64,000 bases of DNA from Acidobacteriota bacterium (GTDB taxonomy: Bacteria; Acidobacteriota; UBA890; WLXD01): assembly GCA_963666055.2 (NCBI GenBank), contig CAXWPH010000006.1, positions 1 to 64,000 of the forward strand, written 5' to 3'. This document shows positions 49,440 to 58,136 of this stretch, in pieces. Position numbers and translations under genes: made by a program. The notes under the pieces were generated by a model. That model saw only the letters and a program-made list of their open reading frames with translations, did not search any database and had not been told where the DNA came from. The stretch's first letter is position 1. Every line of letters begins with the position of its first letter.

Positions 49440-51917
49440 CTATCGAACGGTGCTCCTGTGCTTGTTGGTCGCCTTTTTGAGGGCGTCGAGAAGCAACTTC
49501 TCCAGGTCAATCTGCGCCGCGAGTATTCGAGCCTTGCCGATCGCGTCCCGCACGCTTCCTGGAATGAATAGCCGCACAGTCCGAGAGAGGTTGTGGAACT
49601 CTTTCTTCAACGTCTCGATGAAAGGCGACCTGACGCTCCGAGTTGGATGCCCGTCGAGCGCGAGGTCGGCGACGAACACCGCGCCTATTTCCTGGTCGAG
49701 TGGCCGGCCGGGAATGTCCAGGAGCACGACTAGTTCATCTGCTTCGGGAGCATCCCGTAGGTCGGGGAAGATAGTGACCAAGTGTTCCGACAAGTACGTT
49801 GAAACCGCCGCTCGCTCCGTGTCGGACAAATCCTGCAGTAAGCTTACTATCTGCTGTCGTCGCTCTTCGTCGGTCGTTCCCTCCGCTCCCCAAGGTGCTC
49901 GCAAGCTCAAGAGTCTCTTGAACAGTCCTGCCCGCCTCGTTACGAGATCGCGCAGAATCGACGCCGCGCCGAAGGCTTCTTCGTAGCTCCTGTCCAGGTA
50001 GTCAAGGGCAGCCGCCTCGGTGAATGCCTGCGCCTCGTCAACGTACGTCTTAAGGCTCAGAGTTCCCTTATCTTTCAGGCACCGCAACACGTGCGTCACC
50101 ATCGCGCCTAGCGCCCGGTTGGTATGGTGCCAGTAGACTTGTCGGAAGTTCCAATACCTTGCCAGCAGGAGACTCTCGACGGCAGACAAGGCTTCCGGCC
50201 GAAAGCAGATGTGCCAGTTTTCGTCGCCGTCTCCGGGCTGCATCATGACGTCCGCCGCCGACAACAAAGTGCGCCTATCCACCCCCCGTCCAAAGGGAAC
50301 CCCAGTAGCTCGCGCGTCGCCCTGCACGTAGCACAGCTTGTCGATGTCAACACCGCTATCGAGGCTGGACCGGATTACTTGTTCTCGACCATCAGTCAGA
50401 TCGCGGTGGTCAGTAGTCAAGAGATCGATGATGATCGCCGGATCGGCGCCGGCGTTGTAGATGACGTCAGCTATGGTGGGGGAGCCTGTGCCGCCCGCGG
50501 GGACTTCGCTAATGAACAATCTGAAGAGGTTCAGCGGCTCGCCCGACGCGAGGTCTAGCTCCTGGCAGTAGTGTAGGAACGGAAAGTGATTGACATCGTG
50601 GAGTAGTGCACAGAGCAGGAATTTGGTCACGTCCAGCGTGTCGAACAGCCGTGTAAATCGCGGCGACCGAACGAAGCACTGAACGAGTTCGACAGCGGTC
50701 GAATACACCATCAGACTATGGTCGAATCGCGTCTGAGTCGCGCTGGGATACACAAAGTCCAGGAGGCTGAGCTGCTTGAGTTGCTGTAGCCGGCGGAAGC
50801 TCCGTGTCTCGATGATCCGCTCCACGAAGTCAGGCGCCAGGAACGCGGCCTCGCCGAGCGCAATTCGTCGCACTGGCTGCCCTGGGGCTAGCTGAGGCGC
50901 GTGTGGAGTGGCTGCGCCGGCCCAAAAGCCGGACTCCAGCTTGCGAATCTGCCCAAGTACTTCGCTCGTCCGCAGGGTGCTAGCCTGCGCCCAGGTCACG
51001 AGGGCCTGGGCGTGGAGGGTCAGGACCTCCCTATCCAACTCAGTGATGAGCGATGGCAACGGAGAGTCCTCGAGTAGTTCCTCAAACAACTTGCCAAGGT
51101 GATATAGGTCTAGACCTGGAAAGAGGAGGTCGCGAAGCGCTTCACGGGGGACAGCTTTAGGATCCTCGGCGAGGATGGGCTTGAGCAATTCTTCAAGCTC
51201 AGCCGGGGCATTGAGCAGCCTGAGCGGCCTTACACGGGTGGTCGGTACGCTTTCGATCAACGCGCTGTCAAAGGCCTGCGCATAGCCGAAGTCGATAAGT
51301 ACGGGCCTTCCCGAGGACGTTTCGATCAGCACGTTGTCGGATCGGAGGTCCGAATGCTGATGGAGCTTTGTCTCGTGGAGATAAGTGAGGGCCTCCAGTA
51401 TTTGAACAAGTACCGTGATGATCTTCGTCCGAATCGCGTCTCGTTCCGGAGAGGTGGCTTGGCTAGCTGACTCGTTCAGCTTGTTGATCCATTCAGAGAG
51501 AGAGTCGCCTTCGATATACCGCGTTACCAGAAACCTGACCTTGTCGTCCGCCGGCACGCGGAAGCCTGCCTCTTCGCCGAACACCACAATCGCATCTGAG
51601 ACCTCACCCCACCCAAGCACTCGTTGGATACCTGGATGATCGAGATCTCTCAGCGCGGCACGCTCCCTGTTGTATGCAAGTTCGTCGCCCTTATCCCAAA
51701 ACGACTGAGCGGTCGTGTCAAATAGGAAGAGCTCGTCGGGAATCAGGTAGAACTTGACGGCCACCGCCACCTGCTCATCGTCAAGGTCCTTGGCCAGATA
51801 GACGACGCCAGAAGAGCCAGAGCCGACCAGGGTTTCTACGCGGTACTCGTCACCGACATTTGTCTTAATTGTGCCGATTGGGACCCGAGGGCCGCTCCGT
51901 TCGTCCGCTTTCCCCAT
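49440..51917 (-). CDS. Fusion of Hanks-type protein kinase and SAMHD1-like HD phosphohydrolase
   Basis: GSGSSG, VAVK, HSDLRSDN, DFG; then FRRLQQLKQL, TRFDHS, LLHDVNHFPFLH, DIDKLCY, RQVYWH. Confidence 0.9.
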   Translation of the reverse strand: MGKADERSGPRVPIGTIKTNVGDEYRVETLVGSGSSGVVYLAKDLDDEQVAVAVKFYLIPDELFLFDTTAQSFWDKGDELAYNRERAALRDLDHPGIQRVLGWGEVSDAIVVFGEEAGFRVPADDKVRFLVTRYIEGDSLSEWINKLNESASQATSPERDAIRTKIITVLVQILEALTYLHETKLHQHSDLRSDNVLIETSSGRPVLIDFGYAQAFDSALIESVPTTRVRPLRLLNAPAELEELLKPILAEDPKAVPREALRDLLFPGLDLYHLGKLFEELLEDSPLPSLITELDREVLTLHAQALVTWAQASTLRTSEVLGQIRKLESGFWAGAATPHAPQLAPGQPVRRIALGEAAFLAPDFVERIIETRSFRRLQQLKQLSLLDFVYPSATQTRFDHSLMVYSTAVELVQCFVRSPRFTRLFDTLDVTKFLLCALLHDVNHFPFLHYCQELDLASGEPLNLFRLFISEVPAGGTGSPTIADVIYNAGADPAIIIDLLTTDHRDLTDGREQVIRSSLDSGVDIDKLCYVQGDARATGVPFGRGVDRRTLLSAADVMMQPGDGDENWHICFRPEALSAVESLLLARYWNFRQVYWHHTNRALGAMVTHVLRCLKDKGTLSLKTYVDEAQAFTEAAALDYLDRSYEEAFGAASILRDLVTRRAGLFKRLLSLRAPWGAEGTTDEERRQQIVSLLQDLSDTERAAVSTYLSEHLVTIFPDLRDAPEADELVVLLDIPGRPLDQEIGAVFVADLALDGHPTRSVRSPFIETLKKEFHNLSRTVRLFIPGSVRDAIGKARILAAQIDLEKLLLDALKKATNKHRSTVR

Positions 51918-52835
51918 TTAGCTCTCCAACGCCCAGGGTGGGGTGGGCACGATCGGAACGTAGGCAACCAAGAGGCTTGCCGAACGGCGGAATTGAACGA
52001 GTGCTCGCCGGCGGCCAGAAGTCACAATAACCCTATCGAGCTTTTCTCGTGTTCGCCACGGCTTGACCTCCGCTACGCGGAGAGATCGAAGCCCAGCTTC
52101 GATACGAATCACACGACCCGTTCGGCGGCGATCAAGGTTGCCCAGGTGGAACATGTTGGCCGCGGCTTGTCGCGATCATCCTCTCCTCCGCACCCGCATC
52201 GCTTGAAGAACTACCTTTGAGCTGCCGCGGCGCCGTTGTGGGGCAGCCACTGTCAATCAGGTTAGCCTTGCGTTCTTCCAGGTTAACAACAGCAATCGGG
52301 GACAGCGGCAGTTTCCGATGGCGGCGTGCGAAAAGAATCGTCTTTCAGGGCACCCTCGAGCGCCCATGATAGCTTGGCAAAAGGTACTCCTAATCCCGCG
52401 CTGATTCCCCGAATCCGGAACGCGCGCGTTTGCGGCCTCTACTGAGGAGTACCTGGCTACCCCCTTTTTCCGTAACCGTCCGGGAAGTTCCCTGTCGTGG
52501 GGAAGACCGAGATTCGAATCGCTCGCGCATGACTCAAGCGTGACTCTCGTCAACCGTATCGGCGAAAACCTGTAGTAGATGGGCGGTTCCCCGCCGGGGT
52601 CGTGTGATTGCCAGTCAGATAGCCTCACCTTCTCCAACTTCTGTTGGATCTCGCCCGCTCCGGCGATAGGCTTCACGCGCTCACCCACCCCTTTGTGGAC
52701 GCGCCATGGAACCCGGCACCAAACTAGGCCCCTACGAAGTCACCGAGCAGCTCGGTGCAGGCGGCATGGGGCAGGAGATTGAAGCCAAATTCGAGCGGCT
52801 TTTTCAAAGCGTGAAGGAAAAGGTGCGAGAAGAAG

Positions 52836-53747
52836 CTAGCGATTCATTGTCGGCGGATAGCCCAACGCCATTTCGATGAACATACTTATTTCAACGATGC
52901 TCCCAACAAAGCGTACGGTGTGGTTATCGATACGCTCCACGTTTGGGAGATAAGCAATCATTTCCGCCGCCTTGTCGTTCTTATATGTCATATCGAGAGC
53001 AAGCGGGCCTTCGATTCTGAAAGGTTCAAGCTGCCGCCGACGGCTCAGCCCGGCCTTGACTTTTTCCTTGATCAGAGCTCGTGCAGCCCCCGGCATCAGG
53101 GTGCGTCCCGAAGTGTGACTGTAGTGCCACTTGACGACGGCTCCCTCAATAGGACCCAGCATGTCGGACACTTCGCGTACCGCGGCATCGTCGCCGCTGA
53201 TCATCACCACCGGAACCCCGAAGTGACCGGCAATCAGTGCGTTCATGCCGCCTTCGGTCATTTCCATGTCGTTTATTTTTACGGATAGCAAGTCGCCGCC
53301 GGATATCGTATGCGCGGCAATACCGTCGATATTGCCCGCACTCGCATGGTAACCAATAAGAATTGCGGCACTGAAACTCTCGTCAATTCCCTCCATCATC
53401 CCGAGCGGTCTCGGCCAGGCACGAACGAGTTCGATGTCCTGCGGCAGCGCATTCAGCAAGAGATTCAGGCCGTTTCCGTGCGAATCGCTAACCAGAATCT
53501 CGCTAGCACCTGCATCGCGTGCGGCCTCAATGGCGGCGTTGATTTCCGCAGTCATCAATTCGCGGAACTGGCTGTACTCGAATCCTCCCGGTGAAAGTTG
53601 GTTCCCGGCGACGACTCCGGCTATGCCTTCCATGTCTGCAGATATGTAGACTTTCAGCTCCTGAGCAATTGCGCCGTTAGCCATTAGCAGCAAGAAAAAC
53701 AGGAACAAGAGCTCGCGAATACCACGATTGTGCCTTCCCAAATTCAT
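52836..53747 (-). CDS. M55 D-aminopeptidase (DppA family), exported
   Basis: KVYISADMEGIAG, DSHG, GYHA, HT, SGDD. Confidence 0.9.
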   Translation of the reverse strand: MNLGRHNRGIRELLFLFFLLLMANGAIAQELKVYISADMEGIAGVVAGNQLSPGGFEYSQFRELMTAEINAAIEAARDAGASEILVSDSHGNGLNLLLNALPQDIELVRAWPRPLGMMEGIDESFSAAILIGYHASAGNIDGIAAHTISGGDLLSVKINDMEMTEGGMNALIAGHFGVPVVMISGDDAAVREVSDMLGPIEGAVVKWHYSHTSGRTLMPGAARALIKEKVKAGLSRRRQLEPFRIEGPLALDMTYKNDKAAEMIAYLPNVERIDNHTVRFVGSIVEISMFIEMALGYPPTMNR

Positions 53748-53862
53748 TTGGCGCTTCCCATGTTTGGTTCTCGGATCGGTCATCTTGCTAACTCCCAGGC
53801 CCATTCCTCGTCGTGGGCAGGGTTCGATCTGACATGGACGAACGCCTCCCTCGGTGAGGCCG

Positions 53863-54312
53863 CTACTGTCCTTCGACAGCGTGCAACTCGATCCACAACT
53901 CCGCAATCTTGCCGTTTTCGATGCGCGTTAAGTCGATTCCCTCGTAGGTTGCCTGCTCTCCAGACTCCCCGACCCCGATCAAGATCCAATGGAACGCAAC
54001 CAAGTTTCCGTCCGCCACAACATTGTCGTGTTTGAAATCCATGCTCTTCGGAAAGGCCCTTTGATCTGACAGGGCGATTTGTCTTGCCTTCTCACGCCCT
54101 GTGACATCTGGGGACCCATAATGAATAACGGGATTGGCCGTGAAGATCTCATCGATCAATGCCAGATTCTTCCCCTGAATGACCTCCATGTGGAAACGAT
54201 GCGCCAGAGCCTTGTTCTTCTCTAGCGCTTCCGCGCTCTGCGCAAATGCCAAAGCACTGTGCGCGACAACAGCTACGACCGCTACAACCGCTACGGTGAC
54301 TGCTCTTTTCAT
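53863..54312 (-). CDS. Exported SnoaL/NTF2-like ester cyclase family protein
   Basis: Signal peptide; NKALAHRF, AFP, VADGNLVA, RIENGKIAELW. Confidence 0.85.
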   Translation of the reverse strand: MKRAVTVAVVAVVAVVAHSALAFAQSAEALEKNKALAHRFHMEVIQGKNLALIDEIFTANPVIHYGSPDVTGREKARQIALSDQRAFPKSMDFKHDNVVADGNLVAFHWILIGVGESGEQATYEGIDLTRIENGKIAELWIELHAVEGQ

Positions 54313-54606
54313 CACCCTGTCTCCTCCAGCGTGTGCCGAAATTGTTACAACTCCTTTCTTGGTACCACGCGAATGAGTCTCTTGCCAGGTACCGTTACAT
54401 CCCGGTTGGCAACCGGATCGCCGGAGGAGCAACGCCGCAGACGGGCCCATTTCGCCGCCATCCTGCGGACAGATGGGCAACGATCAACTGCTACGTCCAT
54501 TGGATCCTGGCACGCTCTGACGATAGGCTTCAGGGCTCACCCACCCCTCGCTGGCCGCCGAGTTCGCCTCTGACCCCGAGCGTCTGGCCTGCGGCATGAC
54601 TACCCG

Positions 54607-56112
54607 ATGAGAGCTCCAACGACCACATCGTTCGCCCTAACCGTACTGATCGGACTTCAGGTGATCCTGGGCGGAGGCGCACTTCAGGGGCAAGCCGCTG
54701 CAGACACGGGGCTTCTGACACGGCCGGGTCAGGCGGTGGTGATTCGTGGCGGGTGGTTGTTCGATGGGGTCGCGGACACTCGCGTACAGAACGAAGGGCT
54801 CCTCATCCGGGGAGGGAAGTTCCTCGACGTCGACGGCGGCCTCGGCGGCTACGAGGTGCGGGGCGCGCTCGTCGTTGATCTAGACGACGAGGAGACGATC
54901 ATGCCGGGCATGTTCGATCTGCATGCCCATCACCGGCTCGGATTCGGCACGGACGACGCAGAGGAAACCCGATGGGTGCCCATGTTGCATCTGGCGAACG
55001 GCGTGACGTCCACGTTCCCTGCCGGCGAGCTCGATCCTGAAGGCATGATGGAGGCTCGCCGCCGGATCGAATCCGGGGAGCAGATCGGGGCCCGGATCTT
55101 CAACTCGGGACCCTATTTCGGCAACGCGCGCAATCAATGTCCAGAGGTTCGAACCTACCAGGACAGCTGTGCGCACTGGCCCGCTGATATGACGGACCAG
55201 CAGATCCGTGATCGTGTCGACGAGTGGGCGTTCCGTGGGATCAAGAGTATCAAGGCGAAGCAGGCGAGCCCGCGCGAGCTTGGGATCATCATCGACCAGG
55301 CGCACCGGCATGGGATTACGGTGACCGCGCACCTCCACAACTACGCCGGTCGGGGCACCGACGTCAGCGTGCGTGACGCAATTCTCATGGGCATCGATCG
55401 CGTGGAGCACTCATTCTTCGACCAGCATCTGATTCTGGCCGGCCAGATGGCGCCCGGGACATCGGAGTTCGAGGAGTGGTTACGTCTCTTCGTCGATCAC
55501 AACGTCTACTTCGACGGTACGAACTGGCTGTACGGCCGGGCCGTGATCGAAGCCGAGGTCGACTCCGGCGACCTGACGGAGGTCGATACGGACCGCTTCC
55601 TCACGCCCTATCTGCGGAGCTTGCGATCGGCGAGGGGGCCAAGGGGTGGCGCCGACTCCCAGCTCACCGAGCAAGAGCGGGAGTGGGACCGGATCAACGG
55701 CACCGATGGGTACACGACGGTTTTCCACAACAAGGCTCCGGCGTTGCTGAGGCTCTATGAGTTGGGTGGGGGGCATCTCATCACCACGGGGACGGACGAC
55801 TGGAGCGGTTTCAGCATCCACAACGAGTTGTTCGCCCTCGCCTATGTCGGTCTTCCGCTGCATGCCGTGCTGAAGGCCGCGACGATAAACGGGGCCAGCG
55901 CCCTGGGCGTCAGTGATGGGCTTGGAACGATCGAGACGGGTAAGATCGCGGACCTCTATGTTTTGCGAGGCAATCCCCTGGATGACATCCTCGCCACCCG
56001 GAACGGTCATCTGGTGATGAAGGCGGGACAGCTCTACGACGTAGAGACTCTCATCCGGGCAGCGGAGGGGAAAATAGGCCCGACCGGGCCGCGAGGCTCT
56101 CAGAGCCGGTAG
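54607..56112 (+). CDS. Exported amidohydrolase family protein
   Basis: MPGMFDLHAH, AH, EH, GTD, GTIETGKIADL. Confidence 0.88.
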   Translation: MRAPTTTSFALTVLIGLQVILGGGALQGQAAADTGLLTRPGQAVVIRGGWLFDGVADTRVQNEGLLIRGGKFLDVDGGLGGYEVRGALVVDLDDEETIMPGMFDLHAHHRLGFGTDDAEETRWVPMLHLANGVTSTFPAGELDPEGMMEARRRIESGEQIGARIFNSGPYFGNARNQCPEVRTYQDSCAHWPADMTDQQIRDRVDEWAFRGIKSIKAKQASPRELGIIIDQAHRHGITVTAHLHNYAGRGTDVSVRDAILMGIDRVEHSFFDQHLILAGQMAPGTSEFEEWLRLFVDHNVYFDGTNWLYGRAVIEAEVDSGDLTEVDTDRFLTPYLRSLRSARGPRGGADSQLTEQEREWDRINGTDGYTTVFHNKAPALLRLYELGGGHLITTGTDDWSGFSIHNELFALAYVGLPLHAVLKAATINGASALGVSDGLGTIETGKIADLYVLRGNPLDDILATRNGHLVMKAGQLYDVETLIRAAEGKIGPTGPRGSQSR

Positions 56113-56362
56113 TCTCGCACGTCGCCCCTTAGGATCCGTCGATCTTCCCGCTCAGGAGGCTGTCCCGGGAGCGTGATGCTGTCACGTACCGAGGACTGCC
56201 CCCGTAGTCGTCATCGATGATCCGAGTTACGCCGGCATCTACGGATTTCGAGGAGTCGGCGGTGTGCGTTTGTTGGCTATAGAGCTCTCCCCTGTTGATG
56301 CCGGCCCAACGTTCCGATTACCTTGCATGCCTACCGCGTAGACGCCTGGGTGCCCGCGTACG

Positions 56363-57292
56363 ATGGAGGTTCGCATGGCCGTTCCCAAGAGAACCGACCC
56401 GACCGCGCGCCGCGCGGGCGCGGCCTGTAGCTTCCTCGGCGCCGTCACCGTGGCGCTGCTGTTGGCGGTGGCGCTCGGTGCGAGCACGCTCGCTTGGGCG
56501 CATCAGTCTCAGGATCATGCAGAGATTGCCCGCCCGTGGCCGGGGCCCGATGGCAAACCGTTGCCGTTTCGAACCTACGATGAGGCGACGGAGTTCCTGC
56601 GCACCGCCCGGATCGTGTCGTCTGTGAATGTCGGCATCGGCATCGCGGGGATAAAGCGCCTGGTGCTCGAGCGCAACGGCATCCGCGCGCGCGGAGCGTT
56701 TCACGCCATCAACAACGTGACGCGCGATTCCCGAGTGGACGGGCGCATGTTCCGCAGCTACTACGACAGCTACAAGAACCAGTGCGCTGCCTACGAGCTG
56801 GCGCGCCTGTTCGAGCTCGACAACGTGCCGCCGACGGTGTGCCGAAGGGTCAACGGCATCGACGGCAGCATACAGCTCTGGATAGAGGAAACGCGCAGCG
56901 AGACCGATCGAACGGAGGCGGGATTGCGCACGCCGGTGATAAGCGACTGGCTACGCCAGGTCCAGGCCATGCGGCTGTTCGACAGCTTGATCTTCAACGA
57001 CGACCGGAACCCAGGCAACTACCTCTTCGACGCCGATTGGAAGCTCTGGATGATCGATCACTCACGCGCATTCCAGATGCGCAGGGAGCTGGAGTACAGC
57101 GATGAGTTCGTCTGGTGCGCTCGGCGCACGTGGCAGCTGCTGAACCAGGTAACCGATGACCAGATCCGCGCCGCGATCGACACCTACCTCGCGCCACCGC
57201 AGATGGGCGCGCTAGTGGAGCGGCGAGGACTGCTCGTTGAGCACATCCAGAAGTTGATTGACGAGCGTGGCGAAGACGCCGTAATCCACTAG
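56363..57292 (+). CDS. Exported atypical kinase-fold protein (PI3/4-kinase or Fam20-like motifs)
   Basis: AAYELA...VPPTV, GSIQLW, DSLIFNDDRNPGN, WMIDHSRAF. Confidence 0.65.
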   Translation: MEVRMAVPKRTDPTARRAGAACSFLGAVTVALLLAVALGASTLAWAHQSQDHAEIARPWPGPDGKPLPFRTYDEATEFLRTARIVSSVNVGIGIAGIKRLVLERNGIRARGAFHAINNVTRDSRVDGRMFRSYYDSYKNQCAAYELARLFELDNVPPTVCRRVNGIDGSIQLWIEETRSETDRTEAGLRTPVISDWLRQVQAMRLFDSLIFNDDRNPGNYLFDADWKLWMIDHSRAFQMRRELEYSDEFVWCARRTWQLLNQVTDDQIRAAIDTYLAPPQMGALVERRGLLVEHIQKLIDERGEDAVIH

Positions 57293-57605
57293 CGATCAGG
57301 CTCTCTCCTTAGCGTAAGAGCAACCCGCGTCGCCGGCATCGTCGTCTACGTGATGCCGTATCAGCTTCCGGGGACGGCGGGCTGATCAACCGCCTCCGCA
57401 GGCCGTGGCCTCTCCTCGTACTCGCCGGCTTCGGGCTTGAGCTCGTCGCGCCGCAAACGCTGCTGAGTCACCTTCGTCACCCTGCCGGTTTGGACGCGGA
57501 TCAGTCTAGTCTGTCGGCGTGCTAGATCATCGAACGGGCGGTAGCCGAGCGACCCCGCGGGTCCGCTCGGCGTATTCTCCGTACCGAGACCTTCCAGGAG
57601 ATGCC

Positions 57606-58064
57606 ATGTTACGCAGCGTCGCGATCGCCACCTCCGCCGCAATCCTCCATGGCTCCGTTCTTGTCGCTGCAACCGCGATGGGCGCCGGCGCTTTCGCCCA
57701 GGGAATCGCAGCGCCCGAAATCACCAACGCGGCCATTCGGGCGATTCTCGCGTCCCGAAGCGCACGCCTCGAGAGCATCCATCGGCATCTCTCTCGAGGT
57801 GCCTTCGGCGAGAACAACAAGGCTCTGTTGCAGGCCAGAGATCTATCGGCGCTACCGCTTCAGGAGCGCGCCGCCGTCCAGAAGCTGCTGCGCGAGGAGA
57901 ACGCCGACCGAGAGAGCATGTTCATCGAGATCGCTGCTGCTACCGGAACCGATCTGAGCCAGCTACCGCGGATCCGAGAACGCTATGCTGCCGCGCTGCG
58001 CGCCGACGCGCGTCGAGGTGACTGGATCCAAATGCCCGATGGGTCGTGGCGGCAGCATCAGTGA
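57606..58064 (+). CDS. DUF1318/YdbL family exported protein
   Basis: GENNKALL, ENADR, GDWIQMPDGSW. Confidence 0.8.
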   Translation: MLRSVAIATSAAILHGSVLVAATAMGAGAFAQGIAAPEITNAAIRAILASRSARLESIHRHLSRGAFGENNKALLQARDLSALPLQERAAVQKLLREENADRESMFIEIAAATGTDLSQLPRIRERYAAALRADARRGDWIQMPDGSWRQHQ

Positions 58065-58136
58065 AAGTCGGGGGTCGCAACCGGCTCAGGCAACGGGCGA
58101 GGCGGCCGCACCTGCGACGATCCTCGCGCCTCCCGC

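Larger units (their letters stand above)
43174..57385. mobile_element. About 14-kb genomic/defence island inserted in the 3' end of the DUF420 gene
   Basis: Direct repeat 43174-43222 / 57333-57381 (42/49 identical, 19-bp perfect core); defence genes, an IS and atypical codon usage inside. Confidence 0.8.

Noticed and set aside
51918-52688. Additional genes upstream of the kinase-HD fusion (ORFs 51918-52154 and 52257-52688)
   Set aside because: No recognisable motifs and poor protein-like composition. The first ends right at the kinase ATG, so a remnant fourth gene cannot be excluded.
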